From Candidatus Woesearchaeota archaeon (GTDB lineage Archaea > Nanobdellota > Nanobdellia > Woesearchaeales > ARS49), in NCBI GenBank assembly GCA_016188265.1, contig JACPID010000023.1, positions 1-38,429 of the forward strand: a DNA stretch of 38,429 bases, read 5' to 3'. The notes under the pieces were generated by a model, which worked only from the letters and a program-made list of their open reading frames with translations, was not told where the DNA came from and searched no databases. This document shows, piece after piece, positions 16,243 through 26,155 of the stretch; position 1 is the first letter of the stretch, and every line of letters begins with the position of its first letter. Position numbers and translations under genes: made by a program.

Positions 16243-16845
16243 ATGCCAAAAGAAGAAGAATTACTAATACCTCAAGATTTGTACTTAAAATCAGGCATTC
16301 ATATAGGCACAAAATTCAGAACAAAATACATGGCCTCATTTATTTACAAAACTAGGCCCGATGGTTTAAGTGTTCTTAACCTGCAAAAAATAAATGAACG
16401 TATTTCTCTTGCTGCAAATTTATTAGGGCAGTACGAACCTGAAGATGTACTTATTGTTTGCCGTAGAGAAAATGGTTGGAAATCAGTAAAAGCTTTTGCC
16501 AGAGCAACTGGTTGTAAAGTTTTTGCAGGAAGATACCCTCCAGGAATACTAACAAACCCCAATCTTGACACTTTTATGGAAGTAAAAGTTATTGTTGTTA
16601 CTGACAGCTGGCCTGATAGAAATGCAATTAATGACGCTCTTGCAATAGGAATTCCAGTAATAGCATTATGCGATACAAATAATCAATCTAACAACATAGA
16701 TCTTGTTGTTCCATGCAACAATAAAGGAAAAAAATCCCTCGGAATCTTCTTTTACCTTCTAGCAAGAGAATACCTACGACAAAAAGGAAAACTAAAAAAA
16801 GGCGAAGACCCAAAATTTAGTCTTGAAGAATTTACAGAAGAATAA
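16243..16845 (+). CDS. rps2: 30S ribosomal protein S2 (uS2)
   Basis: YLKSGIHIGTK, GRYPPGILTNP, IPVIALCDTNN, PCNNKGKKS. Confidence 0.97.
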   Translation: MPKEEELLIPQDLYLKSGIHIGTKFRTKYMASFIYKTRPDGLSVLNLQKINERISLAANLLGQYEPEDVLIVCRRENGWKSVKAFARATGCKVFAGRYPPGILTNPNLDTFMEVKVIVVTDSWPDRNAINDALAIGIPVIALCDTNNQSNNIDLVVPCNNKGKKSLGIFFYLLAREYLRQKGKLKKGEDPKFSLEEFTEE

Positions 16846-16848
16846 AGC

Positions 16849-17502
16849 ATGACTTTTATTTGCGGTATTGAAGAAGCAGGTCGCGGACCAGTAATTGGAC
16901 CTATGGTAATGGCCGGCCTTGTTATTGAAGAGCCTGATGAAAAAAAATTAGTAGAACTTGGCGTTAAAGACAGCAAACAACTCACTGCAAGACAACGTGA
17001 AGCACGCTATGATAAAATTCTAGCAATTGCAAAAAAATACCAAATAGTTATATTACAGCCTAAAGAGATTGATGAAGCAGTTTTGTCAGATTCAATGAAC
17101 TTAAATCTTCTTGAAGCAAAAACAACTGCAAATATTTTAAATGAATTAAAACCAGATAAAGCAATAATAGACTGCCCAAGCACAAACATACCAAAATACA
17201 CAGAATACCTCCGCAATTTGTTGAAAAATAAAATTGATTTATTATGCGCTCATCATGCAGATGAAAACTTTCCAGTTGTAAGCGCAACATCAATAATCGC
17301 AAAAGTAGTTCGTGATCAAGAAATAATGAATTTAAAAAAAAAATACAATATTGATTTTGGAAGCGGTTATACAAGTGATGAAAAAACTCAATCATTTATT
17401 GAAAAACATTGGAATCATTATCCTGAACTATTTCGTCATTCATGGGCTACTTTTAAAAAACAACAAGAAAAATCAATTCAATCAAACCTATCAAAATTCT
17501 AA
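16849..17502 (+). CDS. rnhB: Ribonuclease HII
   Basis: GIEEAGRGPVIGPMV, DSKQL, SIIAKV.RD, GSGY.SD. Confidence 0.96.
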   Translation: MTFICGIEEAGRGPVIGPMVMAGLVIEEPDEKKLVELGVKDSKQLTARQREARYDKILAIAKKYQIVILQPKEIDEAVLSDSMNLNLLEAKTTANILNELKPDKAIIDCPSTNIPKYTEYLRNLLKNKIDLLCAHHADENFPVVSATSIIAKVVRDQEIMNLKKKYNIDFGSGYTSDEKTQSFIEKHWNHYPELFRHSWATFKKQQEKSIQSNLSKF

Positions 17503-17526
17503 AAATAGAAAAAGACAAATCAGGAA

Positions 17527-18123
17527 TTATAATTTTTCTTTTATTCTTAATTGAAGAATAAGATCTTCTAGTTTTTCAAGACCATACTTTATTGAATCAA
17601 ATTTTCTGCGAAGAGGAGTATTTCTAAAGTCAAACTGCATGAGTTCTTCGTACAATTCAGAAACTAAATCCTTTATTTCAATTGATGTTTTATAATCTCC
17701 TTTTATTGAACTGTTTATTGCTTTTCTTACCAGTTCTCCAACAAGATCACACAATCCTGCCAAATATGTTTCAGTATCAACACCAATTTCTTTAGAACTG
17801 GGAATTGTTTTTTTTACAAGATAAGAATAATAACAAAAAGCTTCAGCATACTCTTCTAAAGATTCTAAATAAGCTCCTGTTCCAGCCAAATGAATATCTT
17901 TTTTTAATAAAGAATCTATTTCTTTAATAATAATTTTTGCAGCTTCAATATGCTCTTTTGCCTGTTTAGCATCACTTCTATGCAAGCTATAAATTGCACT
18001 TTTTGATTTTTTAAGAACATCGCGCGATCTTTTAATTACTTCTTCCCTTAACATATCAAACTGTTCTAATTCTTTTCTCATCAACTCAAAGGATTTTTTA
18101 TCAATCATAACAACACTGGACAT
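17527..18123 (-). CDS. Translin/TRAX family protein (C3PO-like RNase)
   Basis: REEVIKRSRD, AIYSLHR, EEYAEA, YLAGLCDLVGEL, LRRKFD. Confidence 0.9.
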   Translation of the reverse strand: MSSVVMIDKKSFELMRKELEQFDMLREEVIKRSRDVLKKSKSAIYSLHRSDAKQAKEHIEAAKIIIKEIDSLLKKDIHLAGTGAYLESLEEYAEAFCYYSYLVKKTIPSSKEIGVDTETYLAGLCDLVGELVRKAINSSIKGDYKTSIEIKDLVSELYEELMQFDFRNTPLRRKFDSIKYGLEKLEDLILQLRIKEKL

Positions 18124-18237
18124 ATTTCTTGTTTATTAAACTTTTCTTCTATCATCAATATCCCTGCATTTCCTGAACGAACAAAACCTTTATATACAAA
18201 TAAGCACTATTAAACCTTAATACAAAAAGGTGATATA

Positions 18238-18822
18238 GTGCCAGAAAAAACATTATTATCAGGAGTCATATCTTTTTTAGACCGCTTAGGTGTTTACGAT
18301 GTAGTGCTTCCTTTCTTGCTTGTTTTCACTATTGTTTTTGCTATTCTAGAAAAAACTAGAATTCTCGGAGTTGAAGTTTATGATAGAAAAGAGTATACAA
18401 AAAAAAACCTAAATGCAATTGTTGCGTTTGTTCTTGGTTTTCTTGTTATTGCATCATCGCATCTTGTTGCAGCAATAACCAAGATCTCAGCAGAAATAGT
18501 TATTGTAATGCTTCTTGCTGTATTTTTTTTATTGCTTGTTGGATCATTTTATGAAGAAGGAAAAGTTGGAAAAGAAGGCTTAGCTGGCTGGCCAAGAACC
18601 TTTTTTCTTATTCTTATTCTTCTTGCAATTCTTTTTATTTTCCTCAAAGCACTGCCTGCTGGCAACGGAAGAACATGGCTTGATATACTCCTGGGATTTT
18701 TTGTTATAATGCCTAGTTCTGTATCTGCATCTATTATTTTAATGATTTTAATAGTAATATTTATAAGATTCATCACACAACAAGGTGGAAGCACTATTAA
18801 AAATAAAGATGAAAATAAGTAA
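18238..18822 (+). CDS. Polytopic membrane protein, paralogue 1
   Basis: VLPFLLVFTIVFAILEKT..KNLNAIVA; AAGGTGAT SD before GTG. Confidence 0.85.
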   Translation: MPEKTLLSGVISFLDRLGVYDVVLPFLLVFTIVFAILEKTRILGVEVYDRKEYTKKNLNAIVAFVLGFLVIASSHLVAAITKISAEIVIVMLLAVFFLLLVGSFYEEGKVGKEGLAGWPRTFFLILILLAILFIFLKALPAGNGRTWLDILLGFFVIMPSSVSASIILMILIVIFIRFITQQGGSTIKNKDENK

Positions 18823-18835
18823 AAGGTGATTTTTA

Positions 18836-19399
18836 ATGATTTCAAATATATTATTTCAATATGGCGGCGGTTATTTTGGACAATCAATAGAATACTTGCA
18901 ATACCTTGGTTTTTGGGATGTTATTATTCCTTTTGCACTTATTTTCGCAATAGTATTTGCTATTCTGGAAAAAGTTGATATTTTTGCAGGAAAAAAAAAT
19001 ATTAATGCAACTATTGCAATTGCAATTGCGCTTCTTACAATTATTCCACATGTAACCCAGGTTTACCCTCCTGAATATGATGTTGTAAGTATTATCAATG
19101 CATTTCTTCCTCAAGCAGCGCTTGTTTTTGTTGTACTTGTTGTTGTAATGCTTATGCTTGGAATAACAACTGGCACAGGTCAATTGGCTGAAAAATTAGG
19201 CAAATCAGCTCCTTTTATTGCTGTTGCTCTTGTTTTGTTTCTTTTAGCTCGTGCATGGTATCCTCTTGGAGGACCAATGTTTACTTTTCTTGACGATCCT
19301 CAACTTATATCATTTTTAGTTGCAGTACTAGTATTTGGTCTTGTTGTATTTGGTGTCATTGGTTTTGGAGGGGGAAGTAGAAATCCTTCTCATCCTTAA
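18836..19399 (+). CDS. Polytopic membrane protein, paralogue 2
   Basis: IIPFALIFAIVFAILEKV..KNINATIA; AAGGTGAT SD. Confidence 0.85.
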   Translation: MISNILFQYGGGYFGQSIEYLQYLGFWDVIIPFALIFAIVFAILEKVDIFAGKKNINATIAIAIALLTIIPHVTQVYPPEYDVVSIINAFLPQAALVFVVLVVVMLMLGITTGTGQLAEKLGKSAPFIAVALVLFLLARAWYPLGGPMFTFLDDPQLISFLVAVLVFGLVVFGVIGFGGGSRNPSHP

Positions 19400-19414
19400 A
19401 ATAATAATCAAAAA

Positions 19415-19978
19415 ATGGTAACTCCTCTTGACTTAACAGGGCTGAAATATTTTGAGAATTTATTTACTTTTTTATTTGTTATAGTTCTTACTTTTGTTGT
19501 GCTTACAAGATTTGATTTGTTTAAAGAAAAAAATGGCTTTGCAGCTCTTATTTCTTTATTTCTTGCTGTTATGACTATGTTGTTTCCTATTGCTGTAAGA
19601 ACTTTAACTCTTGCAGCTCCATGGTTTGTTCTGGTATTTTTGCTTTCAGTGCTTGTTTTATTATGCTATTCTGCTTTTGGTGTTGAACAAACAAAAATTA
19701 TGACAATTTTAACAGACAGCGAGTATTCTCAGGCTTTTGCCTGGTGGATAATAGGAATTTCATTAATTATCATAATAGGCAGTGTTTCAAAAGCTATTAG
19801 TGAACAAGAAGGTTTTCTTAAGCTTACGCAAGGTGAAAGGCTTGAAAAACTTCCGCCTGAAGAAGCTGGTTTTTTTGCAACAATACTTCATCCTAAAATG
19901 CTTGGATTAATTCTTTTGCTTCTTGTAGCTTTATTTACAATTAAACAATTAGCAGAAGGCAGCAGCCGTGCGAGTTAG
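19415..19978 (+). CDS. Polytopic membrane protein, paralogue 3
   Basis: FTFLFVIVLTFVVLTRF..KNGFAALIS; similar size and N-terminal pattern. Confidence 0.82.
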   Translation: MVTPLDLTGLKYFENLFTFLFVIVLTFVVLTRFDLFKEKNGFAALISLFLAVMTMLFPIAVRTLTLAAPWFVLVFLLSVLVLLCYSAFGVEQTKIMTILTDSEYSQAFAWWIIGISLIIIIGSVSKAISEQEGFLKLTQGERLEKLPPEEAGFFATILHPKMLGLILLLLVALFTIKQLAEGSSRAS

Positions 19979-19992
19979 CTTAAAATCCCTAA

Positions 19993-20508
19993 TCATTTTT
20001 TTTTGCCTTTAGTTATTCTTGATAATTCACTTATGTTTTTTGTAAGTTCTGGCAGCGCTTCTTTAAACACTTTTTGCATTGCTTTAAGTTCTGTTCCTAC
20101 GTCTAAAAGCCCGCGTTCATATTCTTCAACTTTTCCAAGCATTGCTTTTTGAAGCCCTAAAACATTTTTTTTCAAGTCATCAACACTTTGCTCAAGTTTT
20201 TCTAATTTAACATGAGCTCTTTCTTTCCATGATTGTAGTTCGCTAAATTCTCTTGTAACAGCACGAATTTTATCTTCAACAATTGACTCAATAACTTCTT
20301 CCCAATCAGTTTCACCAGCGCTTGGTTGCGGTGGTGTTGGCGCTTGGGGATAGTAAGCTGGTTCTGCACTTACTTGATTTGCTTCTTCTAATGCTTTTTC
20401 TATTTCTTTAGGAGAATAACCTTGACTGCTGAACGCTTGAATAATTTCACTATCACTATACCCATCTTTTCGCATTTGAACAATAGCTTCAACCAATTCA
20501 TTTACCAT
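19993..20508 (-). CDS. Coiled-coil protein with a small helical N-terminal domain and Pro-rich linker
   Basis: GYSDSEII..GYSPKEI repeat, PQAPTPPQP linker, heptad C-terminus; AGGTGA SD favours ATG 20508. Confidence 0.82.
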   Translation of the reverse strand: MVNELVEAIVQMRKDGYSDSEIIQAFSSQGYSPKEIEKALEEANQVSAEPAYYPQAPTPPQPSAGETDWEEVIESIVEDKIRAVTREFSELQSWKERAHVKLEKLEQSVDDLKKNVLGLQKAMLGKVEEYERGLLDVGTELKAMQKVFKEALPELTKNISELSRITKGKKK

Positions 20509-20513
20509 ATATT

Positions 20514-20909
20514 TCACCTTTTTTGTTTAATATTTAAGTTTTCAACAATATTTTGTACAATTTCATCTATTTGATCTACTGTTATAAATTGTGTTGGATT
20601 CCAGTACTCAAGATATCTTTTTAACAAGTCTACATCTTCTTTAGGAGCCCTTAATGTAACTTCATTTCTTACAACTTCAATATCATTTTCTAAACGTTCA
20701 ATAACACTTTCTAATCGACGTAAATCACTTGAAAGATCTTTGATATCTTCTGTTATTTTTTTTTTAGTTTCTTGCAGAGTATTTTTTAAAAAATTCATCA
20801 ACTCTCTTAAATCTTTATGCCTACCCTCGAGTGTTCTTAGCCTTGAATTTAATTCAAGAATTTGTTCTCTAGATTCTATTGAGTTAACTTCCTCTTTTTG
20901 TTTTACCAT
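20514..20909 (-). CDS. Coiled-coil protein
   Basis: Heptad pattern; C-terminal KEDVDLLKRYLEYWNP; co-oriented with and adjacent to the previous gene. Confidence 0.82.
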   Translation of the reverse strand: MVKQKEEVNSIESREQILELNSRLRTLEGRHKDLRELMNFLKNTLQETKKKITEDIKDLSSDLRRLESVIERLENDIEVVRNEVTLRAPKEDVDLLKRYLEYWNPTQFITVDQIDEIVQNIVENLNIKQKR

Positions 20910-20990
20910 CAGAGCAACCTTTATATATTCTTAGAATATAAATAAAGTATACAGTATTTTTAATACTTTTGCAAAGAAAAAGGGGTTTTT

Positions 20991-23294
20991 ATGCCAGATA
21001 AACCAGCATGTGGAACTTATGAAGTAGCTCGTGAAGGTGAAGAAATTATTGTACGAGTTAATTGTGAAACCTGCCCTTTTTTTCCTTCCATAGAAGATAA
21101 TGATAGAACTATGGCTCTTGTTATTGATATTCTTGCAGAAGTAAGCAATGCAACAAAAATTGTTTTAGTTCAAAAAAGAGATTATGAATATGATTATACT
21201 CAAACAAGCATGTTGATAGAAATAGCTAAAGCGTATAAAAAAATTAATCGCCAAAAACGTTCACATCTTTCTATAGGTGATGCAGATTGCAACAGGTATT
21301 TAGATCCTAGATTTGCAGAATTGCAAGATCTTCTTTTTCACCACTTGAAAGCTGATCCAATACTTGCATACATGACTATTATTAAAATAAGCGAGCGTGA
21401 AAATAGATTAATCCAAACAAAAGCAATAAGTGAAAAGGGTGTTGCGTGTTTGCAAAAATATTATCGCTTCTTAGAAGAAATCGCAGGACAACTTCAAGAA
21501 ACACAGCTTATTCAACAAGTTATTAAATTTTTAAAAGATTACAGAACTGGAGACCGTTCATTATACAGAAGAGTTTTTGCTCCTTCTATAAAGCCTGATT
21601 TCATGTACACTAAATTAATGGCTAGTTATCCTACTGATGCAGAAGAAATAGACAGTTATACTGTTAATGGGACTGAAATAACTATTTTTCAATTGCCAAA
21701 CACTATTGAGCCACTTTATCATGTTGTTCCTCCTGAGTTTAAAATAGATGAAGATAAATATGAAATTCTTGACCTTGCACGCACAGGCCTTGAAAAATTT
21801 GAACCAAAAAAAGGCGAGTTTACAGACCCTGAGCGTATTCGCCAAGTTTTTTATAATATAAGTGAGGATTCTTTAGACCATCTTGCAAGCGCTAAAGGAA
21901 TAACTTTACGATCTAAAGAGCTCCAAGAACTTACTCAAATTCTTGTACGCTACACAGTTGGTTTTGGCTTAATTGAAGTTCTTTTAGAAGATGAAAAAGT
22001 TCAAGATGTAACAATAAATTCTCCTATGGGCAGAACCCCTATTTTTATTGTTCATAGTGAACATGATGCTTGTTCAACAAATATTATTCCTACTTTTAAG
22101 GAAGCAGAAAGTTGGGCTTCAAAACTTCGTATTTTAAGCGGCAGGCCTTTAGATGAAGCTAATCCTATTCTTGATACAGAACTTATTTTTCCTCATGCAA
22201 GAGCAAGAATCGCAGCTATTTCTTCTCCTTTAAACCCAACTGGATTGGCATTTGCTTTAAGACGCCACAGAGACAAACCATGGACTTTATCGCTTTTTTC
22301 TCAAAGCAAACAAATTGTCGCAGGCCAAAAACATTATGGAGCTCGTTTTATGAACCATCTTAGCGCAGGACTGCTGAGTTTTTTAATTGACGGCAACAGG
22401 ACAATGCTTGTTGCAGGCACTCGCAGTTCAGGAAAAACATCACTTTTAGGAGCAATAATGGTTGAATTAATGAGAAAAGGAAGAATAATTTCGATTGAAG
22501 ATACTCTTGAACTTCCAGTTGACGCTCTTCGCAAACTTAATTATAACATCCAACAATTAAAGGTTGCTAGTGCTTTAACTCGCGGTACAACTGAAGTTAG
22601 CGCTGATGAAGGAATAAGATCAACATTAAGATTAGGAGATTCTAGTTTGATAATAGGAGAAGTAAGAAGCACAGAATCTTTAGCGCTTTATGAAGCTATG
22701 CGTGTCGGCGCTCTTGCTAATCTTGTTGCAGGCACTATCCACGGCGATAGCCCTTATGGAGTTTTTGACAGAGTTGTTAACGACTTAAAAGTTCCAGCAA
22801 CCAGCTTCAAAGCTACTGATATTATTGTTATTGCAAAACCAATTAGAACTGCAGGCGGCTTAAAACGTGAAAAAAGAGTCCTTCAAATTACTGAAGTTAG
22901 AAAACATTGGAAAGAAGATCCTTTAAGAGAAGGCGGTTTTGTTGACTTGATGAAGTATAATACAAAAACAGACCAGCTGGAACCAACTGAAGACCTGCTT
23001 TCAGGTGATAGTGAAATTATTAAATCAATTGCTGGCAATGTTAAAGAATGGGCAGGCGACTGGCAGGCTGTTTGGCAAAATATTGAGCTAAGAGCTGAAA
23101 TTAAAAGATTGCTTGACGAAAAAGCAGAAAAAATTCCAGATATTTTAGAAGCTGATTTTGTTGTTCTTGCTAACGACGAATTTCACAGGATTAGCGAACA
23201 GGCTCGTGAAGAAATTGGCCATTCTGATCCAAAATATATTTTACGTGAATGGACTAAATGGCTTGATAAAATGGTGAAAAAAATATATGGTTAA
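20991..23294 (+). CDS. Type II/IV secretion (PilB/FlaI/TadA-like) ATPase with long N-terminal extension
   Basis: GTRSSGKT Walker A, SIEDTLEL Asp box, LIIGEVR Walker B, GTIHG His box. Confidence 0.93.
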   Translation: MPDKPACGTYEVAREGEEIIVRVNCETCPFFPSIEDNDRTMALVIDILAEVSNATKIVLVQKRDYEYDYTQTSMLIEIAKAYKKINRQKRSHLSIGDADCNRYLDPRFAELQDLLFHHLKADPILAYMTIIKISERENRLIQTKAISEKGVACLQKYYRFLEEIAGQLQETQLIQQVIKFLKDYRTGDRSLYRRVFAPSIKPDFMYTKLMASYPTDAEEIDSYTVNGTEITIFQLPNTIEPLYHVVPPEFKIDEDKYEILDLARTGLEKFEPKKGEFTDPERIRQVFYNISEDSLDHLASAKGITLRSKELQELTQILVRYTVGFGLIEVLLEDEKVQDVTINSPMGRTPIFIVHSEHDACSTNIIPTFKEAESWASKLRILSGRPLDEANPILDTELIFPHARARIAAISSPLNPTGLAFALRRHRDKPWTLSLFSQSKQIVAGQKHYGARFMNHLSAGLLSFLIDGNRTMLVAGTRSSGKTSLLGAIMVELMRKGRIISIEDTLELPVDALRKLNYNIQQLKVASALTRGTTEVSADEGIRSTLRLGDSSLIIGEVRSTESLALYEAMRVGALANLVAGTIHGDSPYGVFDRVVNDLKVPATSFKATDIIVIAKPIRTAGGLKREKRVLQITEVRKHWKEDPLREGGFVDLMKYNTKTDQLEPTEDLLSGDSEIIKSIAGNVKEWAGDWQAVWQNIELRAEIKRLLDEKAEKIPDILEADFVVLANDEFHRISEQAREEIGHSDPKYILREWTKWLDKMVKKIYG

Positions 23295-25488
23295 TAATAA
23301 AGATATTAGAGATATTCTTAAAAATCAAGAGCAAAGACTGAAACAAGAGTTAAGTATAGATACTCTTCCAACACATGAAATTGTAACCAGAGAATACAAA
23401 GAATTTCGTGAATCTTTTCTTCCAAAACCTTTAAACTGGTATGAAAAACTATGCAAGATTTCTGAAAAAACAATATCCATAAAATTAAAACCTGAGGATG
23501 AAAAAATCCTTAATGAACATATTCGCATATGCCATCTTAATATCAACCCGCAAGGAGTTATTGCGCTTTCTTTTATTTTACCTATTATTATTATGATTTT
23601 AGGATTTTTATTCAGCTTATTAATTATTGGTTCATTGTTTTTATCTTTTTTTTTCATTTTTGTTGGAATTGCAGGAATTTTTGTATTAAAAAACATTCCA
23701 GCATATTATTCTAATGCTTGGCGTATGAAGGCAAGCAATCAAATGGTTTTGTGTATTTTTTATATTGTAACATATATGCGCCACACAAGCAATTTTGAGC
23801 GCGCTATTAATTTTGGTTCAGAACATTTGCTTCCGCCACTTGCCTTGGATTTGAAAAAAGTATTATGGGATGTTGAGAATGGAGTGTACAAAAACATAAA
23901 AGATTCTCTTGAAGCATATCTTGAGACTTGGAGAAAGTGGAATAAAGAATTTATTGAAGCATTTCACCTTATTGAATCATCACTATACGAACCTTCTGAA
24001 GAACGCAGGCAAGAAGTTCTTGATAAATCTTTAGATAGAATTCTTGAAGAAACTTCAGAGAAAATGACTCATTATGCGCAAAATTTGAAAAGCCCTATAA
24101 CTTTATTACATATGCTCGGGGTTATTTTACCAATACTTGGTTTAGTTATTCTTCCCCTTATTGTAAGTTTTAGTGAAAATGTTCGCTGGTGGCATCTCTC
24201 AATAATATACAATTTTGCACTTCCAATTATTGTTTTTGTTCTTGGAAAAAATATTTTATCTACCAGACCTACAGGCTATGGTGATACTGATGTTACTCAG
24301 TTTAATCCTGAGTATAAAAGATTTACAAATATTATTCTAAAAATAGGCTCAAAAGAATACATGTTTTCTCCAATTGCACCTGCACTTTTAATTGGGATAG
24401 TTTTTTTATTTACTGCACTTTCGCCTGTTATTTTACACACAATTGTTCCTGATTTTGATATCACTATCCCCCTCTGGAAAACAACCCTGAACTTATTTGA
24501 TTATAAAAACAGTTCAACTGTTTTTGAAAGAATCACAATATTTGAAGAAGGAGCACCTATTGAAAAAACAATTCCAGCTATTGTTGGGCCTTTTGGAATT
24601 GGAGCAAGCTTATTAAGCCTTTTTTTCCCACTAGCATTTGCATTAAGCATAAGTTTGTATTATAATGTAAAAACAAAAAAAATTGTTAAAATTCGTGACA
24701 CTACTAAAAAAATTGAAGGTGAATTTTCAGATTCATTATTTCAGCTTGGCAACAGACTTGCAGACGGCCTTCCTCCTGAGATTGCTTTTGAAAAAGTTGC
24801 AGCAGTTGTTGAAGACAGCACTACTGGAGATTTTTTTCGCGCAGTAACTACAAACATCCGTAAATATGGAATGAGTGTTAATCAAGCAATTTTTAATCCT
24901 AAAACAGGAGCAGTTTTACATTATCCTTCAAATATAATAATCTCTTCAATGAAAGTTCTTGTTGAAAGCTCAAAAAAAGGCCCTCGAATTGCTGCTAAAG
25001 CTGTTCAAAGCGTCTCTCAATATGTTAAACAAATACATCATGTAAATGAAAGGCTGAAAGATCTTCTTGCAGATATTTTATCTGACATGAAAACACAAAT
25101 AAGCTTTATAACACCCATAATTGCGGGAATTGTTATAGGCATTACTTCAATGATTACTTTTATTTTAAGCAATCTCACAAAAACAGTGCAACAATTTGGT
25201 TCAGATGCAAGTTCAGGATTTGGCAATGTTCTTAACATGTTTGGAGACGGCCTCCCAACCTATGATTTTCAGATGGTTGTAGGAATTTATGTTGTACAGA
25301 TTGTTTATTTATTAACAATTATATCCAATGGAATAGAACACGGCGCTGATAAGTTAAGCGAACAAAATTTAATTGCAAAAAACATAAAAAAAAGCACACT
25401 TCTTTACTGTATTTTTTCTGCTATTTTAATGATAATCTTTAATTTAATTGCAGTATTTATTCTATGCAGAGGAATGAATAAGTGTTAA
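23287..25488 (+). CDS. TadC/FlaJ/PilC-like membrane platform protein
   Basis: Multi-TM with two cytoplasmic T2SSF-like domains (LFQLGNRLADGLPPEIAF); overlaps the ATPase gene. Confidence 0.82.
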   Translation: MVNNKDIRDILKNQEQRLKQELSIDTLPTHEIVTREYKEFRESFLPKPLNWYEKLCKISEKTISIKLKPEDEKILNEHIRICHLNINPQGVIALSFILPIIIMILGFLFSLLIIGSLFLSFFFIFVGIAGIFVLKNIPAYYSNAWRMKASNQMVLCIFYIVTYMRHTSNFERAINFGSEHLLPPLALDLKKVLWDVENGVYKNIKDSLEAYLETWRKWNKEFIEAFHLIESSLYEPSEERRQEVLDKSLDRILEETSEKMTHYAQNLKSPITLLHMLGVILPILGLVILPLIVSFSENVRWWHLSIIYNFALPIIVFVLGKNILSTRPTGYGDTDVTQFNPEYKRFTNIILKIGSKEYMFSPIAPALLIGIVFLFTALSPVILHTIVPDFDITIPLWKTTLNLFDYKNSSTVFERITIFEEGAPIEKTIPAIVGPFGIGASLLSLFFPLAFALSISLYYNVKTKKIVKIRDTTKKIEGEFSDSLFQLGNRLADGLPPEIAFEKVAAVVEDSTTGDFFRAVTTNIRKYGMSVNQAIFNPKTGAVLHYPSNIIISSMKVLVESSKKGPRIAAKAVQSVSQYVKQIHHVNERLKDLLADILSDMKTQISFITPIIAGIVIGITSMITFILSNLTKTVQQFGSDASSGFGNVLNMFGDGLPTYDFQMVVGIYVVQIVYLLTIISNGIEHGADKLSEQNLIAKNIKKSTLLYCIFSAILMIIFNLIAVFILCRGMNKC

Positions 25489-25491
25489 AAC

Positions 25492-25522
25492 TTAACTTTG
25501 CCACTTCATCTGGCAAAGTTAA
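25492..25522. terminator. 12-bp perfect hairpin between convergent platform gene and tRNA
   Basis: TTAACTTTGCCA-CTTCATC-TGGCAAAGTTAA. Confidence 0.55.
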
Positions 25523-25526
25523 AAAG

Positions 25527-25622
25527 CGGGGCGGGCCGGATTTGAACCAGCGACGCCACGGTCTTCAGCCGTGTGCTCTCCTTAGCCGAAGACAATGTCT
25601 TCTCAGGCTGAGCTACCGCCCC
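25527..25622 (-). tRNA. tRNA-Phe(GAA) with a 22-nt D-loop intron (25582..25603)
   Basis: Acceptor GGGGCGG/CCGCCCC, D stem GCTC/GAGC, anticodon arm CACGG-CTGAAGA-CCGTG, T arm GCTGG-TTCAAAT-CCGGC; canonical BHB at the intron; TATA-like TTTTAAAT at 25646-25653. Confidence 0.95.
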
Positions 25623-25666
25623 ACAAAGAGATTTTCTCCATGCGAATTTAAAACTCTTTCGGTTAA

Positions 25667-26155
25667 TTAATTGCTAAAAAGCCCGTAAGGATCTTCATCT
25701 TCAAAAATATTGTATTCTACTTTTGCTTTTATGCCGTTTAATCTTAAATAATAAATAAGCAATGAATCATAAAATTGCCTTGGTCTTTTATCTTCTTCAA
25801 GATGATTGTGCAAAACTATCTGAACATATTTAAGATCATCAACAACTCTCCAATATTCTATTTCTGTTTCTAGACTTTCTGCAAGAGGAGATAAATTAAT
25901 TATGTGTTCTTTTGCGCATTTAACTTGTTTGCGTGAAATATTTAATGTTTCTCCAAAAAGAACTTTTTCAGATAATACTTCTAAATCTTCAATTATTTTA
26001 AGAATATTCTTATTTTTATCTGAAAAACTTATTGAATCTTTGTCTAAAAGATAATCCACTATTTTATTTGTACACGTAAATTTTAATGTTCTTGCATCTT
26101 CTAAATAGCCTAAAACAATATGATTTAAAATTATTTTTCTTAATTCATTCATCAT
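25667..26155 (-). CDS. Hypothetical protein
   Basis: 162-aa ORF overlapping the rfcL stop; no recognised motif. Confidence 0.65.
   Translation of the reverse strand: MMNELRKIILNHIVLGYLEDARTLKFTCTNKIVDYLLDKDSISFSDKNKNILKIIEDLEVLSEKVLFGETLNISRKQVKCAKEHIINLSPLAESLETEIEYWRVVDDLKYVQIVLHNHLEEDKRPRQFYDSLLIYYLRLNGIKAKVEYNIFEDEDPYGLFSN

Noticed and set aside
13609..17554. Shadow ORFs over radA, rps2 and rnhB (13609, 14048, 14738, 14866, 16344, 16752, 17007, 17060, 17351)
   Set aside because: Antisense or off-frame to conserved housekeeping genes.
20991..25488. Archaellum (flaI/flaJ) or conjugation system
   Set aside because: No archaellin, flaH/F/G, VirB4 or relaxase in the window; both proteins are longer than typical FlaI/FlaJ.
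25482..25670. 62-aa plus-strand ORF
   Set aside because: Antisense to tRNA-Phe and the terminator hairpin.
25400..26155. Integrated element at tRNA-Phe
   Set aside because: No integrase and no duplicated tRNA 3' end seen in the window.
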